A DNA stretch of 64,000 bases from Candidatus Uhrbacteria bacterium RIFCSPLOWO2_01_FULL_47_17 (GTDB lineage: Bacteria > Patescibacteriota > Patescibacteriia > UBA9934 > GWF2-40-263): NCBI GenBank assembly GCA_001791305.1, contig MGEI01000005.1:340208-404207 (forward strand), written 5' to 3'. The translations under genes were made by a program, and so were the position numbers. Each line of letters opens with the position of its first letter. The stretch's first letter is position 1. A model generated the notes under the pieces. It did no database searches. It was not told the DNA's origin and was given only the letters and a program-made list of their open reading frames with translations. Below, piece after piece: positions 57,621 through 64,000 of the stretch.

Positions 57621-60125
57621 ATGGCACAAAAAAAACAACATTCTGAACCGGAAGAACCCGTTCAAGATATCACGACAAATGGGATTGGACGCATTGAGCG
57701 CCGAAACATTGCCGATGAAATGCAAACCGCATATCTCGACTACGCCATGTCCGTCATTGTTGGTCGTGCGCTTCCGGATATTCGCGATGGACTGAAACCA
57801 GTTCACCGCCGCATTTTGTATTCCATGTGGCAGACGGGACTCCGATCAAGTGCAAAGTTCAAAAAGTGTGCGTCTGTGGTTGGAGATGTACTCGGAAAGT
57901 ATCACCCACACGGAGATTCCGCTGTGTATGACTCGCTCGTGCGTATGGCGCAAGATTTTTCGATGCGCTATCCACTGATCCGCGGACAAGGGAACTTTGG
58001 ATCTCTCGATGGCGACCCGGCTGCGGCGTATCGATATACAGAAGCAAAGCTTGAAACCATTTCGGAAGAATTGCTTGTTGATATCGAGAAGGAGACGGTC
58101 GACTTCATTCCAAACTTTGATGGCACACACAAAGAACCAAAAGTGTTGCCTGCAAAACTTCCAAACTTGCTCATCAACGGAACAGTTGGAATCGCGGTTG
58201 GAATGGCGTCGAATATCCCTCCGCACAACCTCGGAGAAGTTTGTGATGCGGTACTCGCATTGATTCGCGACAAGGATACATCGATCGAGGATCTGTCAGA
58301 GATCGTTAAGGGTCCAGATTTTCCAACGGGTGGAATTGCGTACAGTAATGCGGACATCAAAACCGCCCTCGCAACCGGTCGTGGGGGGGTGGTCGTTCGA
58401 GGCAAAACGGATATTGTGGAAGATAAGAAAGGCAATTTCGCCATTATCATCACAGAAATTCCGTACCAAGTGAACAAAGCAAACTTGCTTATTCGCATTG
58501 CACAGAATGTTCGCGATAAGAAGATCGAAGGGATTAAAGATTTGCGCGACGAATCAACATCCGCCGGTGTTCGTGTTGTTGTTGAGTTAAAAAAAGATGC
58601 GTATCCAAAGAAAGTGTTGAATCGTTTGTATCAAACAACACAACTTCAGGAATCCACACACTACAACATGCTCGCACTTGTGGAGGGTGGAATTTTGCCG
58701 CGCGTACTCAACCTCAAGATGATTCTTGAGGAGTATCTCAAACATCGCCAAGAAGTGGTGAAGCGCCGCACACAGTTTGAACTTACGCGCGCGCTTGATC
58801 GTGCACATATCCTCGAAGGATTGCGCATTGCGCTCGCGCAGATCGACAAGATTATTGCGTGTATCAAGAAATCAAAAGACAAAGAAGAAGCGCGATTGAA
58901 CTTGATCAAACAATTTAAACTTTCCGAGAGACAAGCGGTCGCGATTCTCGACATGCGTTTGCAACAGCTTGCGAACCTAGAGACGTTGCGCATCGAACAA
59001 GAATATGCGGAAAAGATGGCGCTCATCAAAGAGCTTGAGTCTATTCTTGCAAGCGCAAAAAAGATGATGATGGTGATTGCGGAAGAAGTGGAAGGATTGA
59101 AACTCAAGTACGCGTCCCCTCGAAGAACTCAAATCATCAAGTCGGGAATTAAAGAATTCTCGATCGAAGACGTCGTTCCAGACACGGAAACGGTCGTAAT
59201 GATCACAAAAGCCGGATACATCAAGCGCATCGACCCAGACACATTCCGCACACAAAAGCGTGGAGGGAAGGGGGTCGTCGGCATGGCGTCCAAAGATGAG
59301 GATGAGGTCGAGCAAGTATTCTCGACAACCACACACAAAGATCTTCTGTTCTTCACGAGTAGAGGTCGTGTGTTCCAACTTAAAGCTTACGATGTTCCAG
59401 AGGCGTCGCGCATTGCGAAAGGCCAAGCGCTCGTAAACTTCCTCCAACTCGCGCCAGGTGAATCGGTATCCGCGTCGTTGTCGATGGACGAGCTCGCGGA
59501 CTCGAAATATCTTCTCATGGTGACAAACAAGGGAACGATCAAGAAAACAGATTTGTCCGAGTATGATTCCGTTCGCAAGTCGGGGTTGATCTCGATCAAA
59601 CTCCGAGACGGCGACAACCTCCAATGGGTTCGTCCAACGTCCGGAAAAGATCAGATCATGCTCGTGACATCCGGTGGACAAGCGGTTCGCTTCGAAGAAA
59701 AAGGCGTGCGCCCAATGGGTCGTGTCGCCTCTGGTGTTCGAGGAATCAAGCTCAAGGGTGATGATTCTGTGGTTGGAATGGGAATCATTCCAGGCTCCTC
59801 ATCGAAGAAACCGGGAGAGAAAGAGATTTTGGTTGTGATGGAAAACGGATACGGAAAACGCTCGGACCTTATCGAGTATAAGGTCCAAGGACGTGGCGGA
59901 TCCGGAATTAAAACCGCAAATATCAGCAAAAAGACAGGAAAAATCGTCGCGGCGCATATCGTCGATACGAAAGACGAGCGTGATATGTTCATTATTTCCG
60001 GCGCGGGTCAGGTGATCCGATCTGAACTGAAGTCCGTCTCTGTCCTCGGTCGCGCAACCCAAGGAGTTCGCATTATGCGATTCAAGAAGCCAGATGACAC
60101 GGTCGCGAGTGCTGCCCTCATTTAG
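57621..60125 (+). CDS. gyrA: DNA gyrase subunit A
   Basis: [30 protein letters not shown], GyrA box QKRGGKG. Confidence 0.97.
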   Translation: MAQKKQHSEPEEPVQDITTNGIGRIERRNIADEMQTAYLDYAMSVIVGRALPDIRDGLKPVHRRILYSMWQTGLRSSAKFKKCASVVGDVLGKYHPHGDSAVYDSLVRMAQDFSMRYPLIRGQGNFGSLDGDPAAAYRYTEAKLETISEELLVDIEKETVDFIPNFDGTHKEPKVLPAKLPNLLINGTVGIAVGMASNIPPHNLGEVCDAVLALIRDKDTSIEDLSEIVKGPDFPTGGIAYSNADIKTALATGRGGVVVRGKTDIVEDKKGNFAIIITEIPYQVNKANLLIRIAQNVRDKKIEGIKDLRDESTSAGVRVVVELKKDAYPKKVLNRLYQTTQLQESTHYNMLALVEGGILPRVLNLKMILEEYLKHRQEVVKRRTQFELTRALDRAHILEGLRIALAQIDKIIACIKKSKDKEEARLNLIKQFKLSERQAVAILDMRLQQLANLETLRIEQEYAEKMALIKELESILASAKKMMMVIAEEVEGLKLKYASPRRTQIIKSGIKEFSIEDVVPDTETVVMITKAGYIKRIDPDTFRTQKRGGKGVVGMASKDEDEVEQVFSTTTHKDLLFFTSRGRVFQLKAYDVPEASRIAKGQALVNFLQLAPGESVSASLSMDELADSKYLLMVTNKGTIKKTDLSEYDSVRKSGLISIKLRDGDNLQWVRPTSGKDQIMLVTSGGQAVRFEEKGVRPMGRVASGVRGIKLKGDDSVVGMGIIPGSSSKKPGEKEILVVMENGYGKRSDLIEYKVQGRGGSGIKTANISKKTGKIVAAHIVDTKDERDMFIISGAGQVIRSELKSVSVLGRATQGVRIMRFKKPDDTVASAALI

Positions 60126-60163
60126 CCAAAAAGACTGTGGTTTTTGCCACAGTCTTTTGATTT
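60123..60163 (+). repeat. 41-bp direct repeat, left copy (terminator-like hairpin)
   Basis: TAGCCAAAAAGACTGTGGTTTTTGCCACAGTCTTTTGATTT identical to 63349..63389. Confidence 0.92.
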
Positions 60164-60176
60164 TTCTAACAAATCA

Positions 60177-60205
60177 TTGACATTTTTGGGATTTTATGTT
60201 ATTAT
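60177..60205 (+). promoter_or_regulatory. promoter of the DGR target gene
   Basis: TTGACA, 17 nt, TG-t-TATTAT. Confidence 0.7.
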
Positions 60206-60333
60206 CTTCCGTCATTTGAATTTCGCACAAGGTGATTTTCGGTGACATGCAGTGTCTACTTTTTGTTCGCTCCGAGCCTCGCGACGGAATTTCCGTCACA
60301 ACCGCTTGATCGGAACAAAATGCGGAGGAAGAT

Positions 60334-60993
60334 ATGGCAAAGCAGTCTTGGAGAATCAAGCTCGAGCAATGGCTCGCGGCAAATGGTGATGAAGGCATGT
60401 CCGGAGTAGTGGATCATCTTGCGATTTTGACTCGCGCGACGAGTCTTGTTCGTAAGCCCGGATTCAAAAAAGCTCTGGAGAAATTTTTGGACGAATGGGC
60501 CGGTCTTCCCGAACAAAAGGCCGATCCGATCCTCCGTCGCCTCTTTGAAGACGAAACGATCACCATCGCTCCGTGCGACGGTTCCCGGTACGTCGCCAAA
60601 GAAAAAGGCGTGTTCAAAGCGTACATCGAAGGTCTCTTCGCAAGTTGGGGTCTCGACAAGCCTGGACAGTCCACGGTTGCCGCGAATGTCTCCGTCTACG
60701 AGATGATCCGGGACGCGACCTTCGCTCAGATGTTCGGCTCTCTCGGGCCAGATCTCGACAAACTGTGTCTCTCACAGCATCAGATCGTCGAGTTCTGCGA
60801 AACGCATTCGGCACGTCTTCGGCAAGAAGGCTACGCCACATTCTTTCTTTTTAAGGAAGGCGATCAGTTCTACGTTGCGGGCGTGCGTGTCCACGCGGGC
60901 GGCCTGAGCGTGTACGTCCGCCGTCTCGAGCGCGACGATGTCTGGTATGGCGAGTTTCGTCATCGTCTCGTAGTCCCGCAACTGACCGTTTGA
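60334..60993 (+). CDS. DGR target (variable) protein
   Basis: GGAGG RBS; C-terminal codons form the VR; ends RHRLVVP. Confidence 0.9.
   Translation: MAKQSWRIKLEQWLAANGDEGMSGVVDHLAILTRATSLVRKPGFKKALEKFLDEWAGLPEQKADPILRRLFEDETITIAPCDGSRYVAKEKGVFKAYIEGLFASWGLDKPGQSTVAANVSVYEMIRDATFAQMFGSLGPDLDKLCLSQHQIVEFCETHSARLRQEGYATFFLFKEGDQFYVAGVRVHAGGLSVYVRRLERDDVWYGEFRHRLVVPQLTV
60865..60978 (+). repeat. DGR variable repeat (VR)
   Basis: 114 nt ungapped match to TR, 16 mismatches, all at TR adenines. Confidence 0.95.
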
Positions 60994-61293
60994 AACTTAT
61001 TCGGATGACACTTTGTTTCTTTGTCCCTTTGACTCTTTTGAGTCCGGGGGATTTTTTTGTATAATGCATTTGCAATCGTGCGATATCTTGTGGCCAAGGC
61101 TACAAGGTCACGATTGTTTGGAATCGTTGTTGAGAATTTTGTTGGCTACGGCTTGCAAAAGAGTGATAATGATTCTGACAAACAAAAACTTTTCAGTTGG
61201 TGCGGTGCGCTTGTGGACTTCTTCGTCCCAAATAAAATTCAGCCGAATTTCTCGTGCACGATAAATCGGCAGTGATCTGGATGGCCCATCGTA

Positions 61294-61407
61294 CAATTCT
61301 ACGTTGCGAACGTGAATGTCAACGCGGACGGCCTGAACGTGAACGTCAACCGTCTCGAGAACGACAATGTCTGGAATGGCGAGTATCGTCATCGTCTCGT
61401 AGTCCCG
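61294..61407 (+). ncRNA. DGR template repeat (TR)
   Basis: AAC/AAT-rich copy of VR; candidate upstream promoter TTGAGT-16-TATAAT at 61038-61065. Confidence 0.92.
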
Positions 61408-61427
61408 AAAATGAAATGTTCTCCTCC

Positions 61428-61769
61428 CTATTGTTTGGGAGGAGTTTTCTTTTCAATATCTTTTTTCCATCCGCCAAGCATTCTTCCAATTTCATCTAAA
61501 TCAACGGAAAGCGCAGTATATTTATCATTCGGCAGGCATTTGTTTTCCCACGCAATTTGTAAAAAGAATTTCACTCCGTCCAGTTTTGAAATACAGATGG
61601 TGAGTCGATTCATTTTTTGCTCACCGGAAAGATATTGCGAAACAAAAATTTGCTCAAGCATTTCGAGAAAGTATCCCTCAATCTTTCCACCAAGATTATG
61701 ACGCGATGTTTTTGGAAAATCTGTAAGCAATTTAAACCAATTTGTATAGGCACTCCTCGTTTTTGTCAT
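61428..61769 (-). CDS. avd: Avd-like four-helix-bundle accessory protein
   Basis: FPKTSRHNLGGKIE, LDEIGRMLGGW; the true start may be upstream across a C10 tract. Confidence 0.85.
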   Translation of the reverse strand: MTKTRSAYTNWFKLLTDFPKTSRHNLGGKIEGYFLEMLEQIFVSQYLSGEQKMNRLTICISKLDGVKFFLQIAWENKCLPNDKYTALSVDLDEIGRMLGGWKKDIEKKTPPKQ

Positions 61770-61824
61770 GACCGAAGGAGTTCGGGGGGGGGGTGAGAAT
61801 ATTAGACATATTCATTGAGCGTTT

Positions 61825-62829
61825 ATGAAAAAATTTAACCGCCGTTACGATGATATTATAACACTCGATAATTTACTTCGTGCATGGGAACAGTTTTTAT
61901 CGGGGAAGAAAAATCGTACGGATGTTGTGGAATTTCAAAATCATCTCATGGATAATATTTGTGATCTACAGCGATCACTCGAAGATAAAACGTATGTGCA
62001 TGGTGCATATCACGCATTTAATATTTCCGATCCAAAACCAAGGAGTATTCATAAGGCAACCGTCCGCGATCGGTTGCTTCACCATCTGATACATTCAGAG
62101 TTGTATGAATACTTCGATCAGAAATTTATTTACGATTCTTATTCGTGCCGAATGGAGAAGGGGACGCATAAGGCTATGAATCGATTCAGAGACTTTGGCA
62201 GAATTGTTTCAAAAAATAATACACGCACCTGTTGGGTATTGAAATGCGATATTCGAAAGTTCTTTGCAAATATCGATCACACAATCTTGAAAGATATTTT
62301 GGCAAAGCATATTGAGGATCGTGATGTGTTGAATCTTCTCGGTAACATCATCGATAGTTTTTCGACGCTCGGAAGAAAAGAGGTTGGTCTCCCGCTTGGA
62401 AATCTCACTTCGCAACTTCTCGTAAACATCTACATGAACGAGTTTGATCAGTTTATGAAGCGAACGGTCAAAGCGGAATATTACATTCGGTATGCAGATG
62501 ATTTTGTGATTTTGCATGAGGATGAGGAATATCTAAAACAGCTCATTCCAAAGATTTCAAATTTCCTCCAGGATCAGCTGGGACTTTGTTTGCACCCGGA
62601 TAAGTTGTTTCTGAAGACGCTTGTGTCCGGCGTTGATTTTCTAGGATGGGTACACTTTCCGCATCATCGGACGTTACGTACGGCCACAAAACGACGGATG
62701 TTCATACGGATTCAGGATCACTCGACACAAGAAACAATTCAATCGTATTTGGGGCTTATGAGACATGGGAATACCCATCAGCTTCAAAAGAATCCTTTAT
62801 TTCTTGACGTAAAGATCAAAGATCGATAA
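61825..62829 (+). CDS. DGR reverse transcriptase
   Basis: KPRSI, RDRLLHH, LKCDIRKFF, GLPLGNLTSQ, YIRYADD, DFLGW. Confidence 0.95.
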   Translation: MKKFNRRYDDIITLDNLLRAWEQFLSGKKNRTDVVEFQNHLMDNICDLQRSLEDKTYVHGAYHAFNISDPKPRSIHKATVRDRLLHHLIHSELYEYFDQKFIYDSYSCRMEKGTHKAMNRFRDFGRIVSKNNTRTCWVLKCDIRKFFANIDHTILKDILAKHIEDRDVLNLLGNIIDSFSTLGRKEVGLPLGNLTSQLLVNIYMNEFDQFMKRTVKAEYYIRYADDFVILHEDEEYLKQLIPKISNFLQDQLGLCLHPDKLFLKTLVSGVDFLGWVHFPHHRTLRTATKRRMFIRIQDHSTQETIQSYLGLMRHGNTHQLQKNPLFLDVKIKDR

Positions 62830-62862
62830 AGTAGAAAAGTAAGAATGTAAGAAATAACTCCT

Positions 62863-63105
62863 ATGATCAATATTGTAAAAACGACGAGCAAAGGACAAGT
62901 CACATTGCCCATGCACTGGCGTAAAAAATTTCACACAAATCGCTATACAATGAAAGAGGTTAATGACACGCTTGTTATTTCTCCACTTGAGGTTGAGTCG
63001 CTCGAAGAAGAGAATTGGACAACAATTTTTGATGCGAAACGTGACAATGAAGGGAAGGGAATCCCGATCGATCAGCTTATTGATACATTGAAGCGCACAC
63101 TCTAG
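62863..63105 (+). CDS. AbrB/MazE-type antitoxin
   Basis: TSKGQVTLPMHWRKK; upstream of toxin. Confidence 0.8.
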   Translation: MINIVKTTSKGQVTLPMHWRKKFHTNRYTMKEVNDTLVISPLEVESLEEENWTTIFDAKRDNEGKGIPIDQLIDTLKRTL

Positions 63106-63111
63106 CTTTCT

Positions 63112-63351
63112 ATGGATAAAATCGAAAAGCTTTTACGTAAAGCAAAGAAAGCAGATCGTGAGCGGTTATTGGCAGTATTGGAGGCTGTTCGAGAGGGGAA
63201 ACTCGAGGGATTGCACGTAAAACGACTGACAAATTCCGCTTTTTATCGGGTTCGTGTTGGAGATTTCAGGATTATTTTCTCAATCGATCACGCAAATAAA
63301 CGTATTTTGATCGAATCTGTCTCATCTCGAGACGAGAATACATACAAATAG
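63112..63351 (+). CDS. RelE/ParE-family toxin
   Basis: VKRLT..YRVRVGDFRIIF..SRDENTY. Confidence 0.85.
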   Translation: MDKIEKLLRKAKKADRERLLAVLEAVREGKLEGLHVKRLTNSAFYRVRVGDFRIIFSIDHANKRILIESVSSRDENTYK

Positions 63352-63389
63352 CCAAAAAGACTGTGGTTTTTGCCACAGTCTTTTGATTT
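63349..63389 (+). repeat. 41-bp direct repeat, right copy
   Basis: identical to 60123..60163; begins with the toxin TAG stop. Confidence 0.92.
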
Positions 63390-63446
63390 CTTGACGCGAG
63401 GGCTGAAAAATGATAGTATTTGTGTATTAAATTCTGTTTATTTCCT

Positions 63447-63668
63447 ATGCCAGTACCAGCCCGTAAGAAATCCAATCCGTCCGGCAAACGCCGACGTTCC
63501 CATGACCATCTTACAAAGAAAGTCATTCCAGCCTGCCCACAGTGTGCCGCTCCTATAAAACCACATAACGCCTGCCTCACATGCGGTTTTTATGCTGGTC
63601 GTCAAGTTATTACGGTTGGAAAAGCCATTGCGAAAGCGGTAAAAAAAGTAGCAAAAAAGAAAGCTTAA
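63447..63668 (+). CDS. rpmF: 50S ribosomal protein L32
   Basis: MPVPARK..RRRSH, CPQC..PHNACLTCGFY. Confidence 0.93.
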   Translation: MPVPARKKSNPSGKRRRSHDHLTKKVIPACPQCAAPIKPHNACLTCGFYAGRQVITVGKAIAKAVKKVAKKKA

Positions 63669-63744
63669 TGCTTTCTTTTTTTTAAACGACCCCACCCAAC
63701 CTCCCCTTCATAAAGGGGAGGGGCTATAAATTCCGTTCTTTTTT

Positions 63745-64000
63745 ATGTCGAACCGTCACCTTTCACGAACCATCGCTATGCAATCCCTGTATCAATGGGA
63801 TTTTCTTGGAATGGAGGATGAAAAAATTGAAGAGATCATTGCGTTTAATCGCCAAGAGTTTGCGCCGAAGTTTGATGATCAGAAATTCGTGGAGGATTTA
63901 GTCCATGGCGTCATGGAGAAACGTGATGTCATTGATGAATTCATCACACGCTTCGCCCCAGACTGGCCACTCGAGTCGCTCACACTCATCGATCGAAATA
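63745..64000 (+). CDS. nusB: transcription antitermination factor NusB (5' part, runs off window)
   Basis: MSNRHLSRTIAMQSLYQWDF..LVHGV..ID..I..FAPDWPLESLTLIDRN. Confidence 0.9.
   Translation, partial: MSNRHLSRTIAMQSLYQWDFLGMEDEKIEEIIAFNRQEFAPKFDDQKFVEDLVHGVMEKRDVIDEFITRFAPDWPLESLTLIDRN

Larger units (their letters stand above)
60334..62829 (+). mobile_element. diversity-generating retroelement (target-VR, TR, avd, RT)
   Basis: VR/TR pair with adenine-only mismatches next to Avd-like and RT genes. Confidence 0.95.

Noticed and set aside
61312-61701. 129-aa plus-strand ORF
   Set aside because: It is the AAC-rich TR read in frame plus the antisense of avd.
61825-62829. Group II intron or retron RT
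   Set aside because: Short RT without maturase or endonuclease extension; adjacent Avd and an A-specific TR/VR pair identify a DGR.
831-63668. Alternative genetic code (TGA as Gly)
   Set aside because: trmD, tsaE and others end correctly at TGA, and conserved genes are uninterrupted under code 11.

Overview
The window looks like a Patescibacteria (CPR, Parcubacteria-like) chromosome segment. This is inferred from gene content, compact housekeeping genes without Shine-Dalgarno sites and CPR-type repeats; TGA acts as a stop, so the code is standard 11. Core genes are khpA, trmD, rpsP, a short SMC, a DHH phosphoesterase, clpP, ribE/ribH, tRNA-Glu, gpsA, tsaD/tsaE, a PilB/GspE ATPase, ftsH, S1, gyrA, rpmF and nusB. 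Four accessory blocks interrupt them. (1) An 11.6 kb minus-strand operon with OmpA-fused solute-binding proteins, vWA, PspA-like protein, ABC transporter and AAA+ ATPase. (2) A ~7 kb co-oriented array of Cys-rich lipoproteins and small orphan genes, punctuated by six copies of an undescribed two-hairpin element (hairpin, CTTTT, tandem G.A hairpin, GAAAG), three of them preceded by a boxA-like sequence. The same architecture recurs with different sequence three times in operon 1. (3) A pseudokinase, vWA and adenylosuccinate-synthetase-like cluster with a repeated operator. (4) A complete diversity-generating retroelement (target VR, TR, antisense avd, RT) plus an AbrB/RelE toxin-antitoxin pair, bounded by a perfect 41-bp direct repeat, with a C10 tract that appears to frameshift the avd N-terminus. 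All family calls come from motif recognition by eye; no searches were run.
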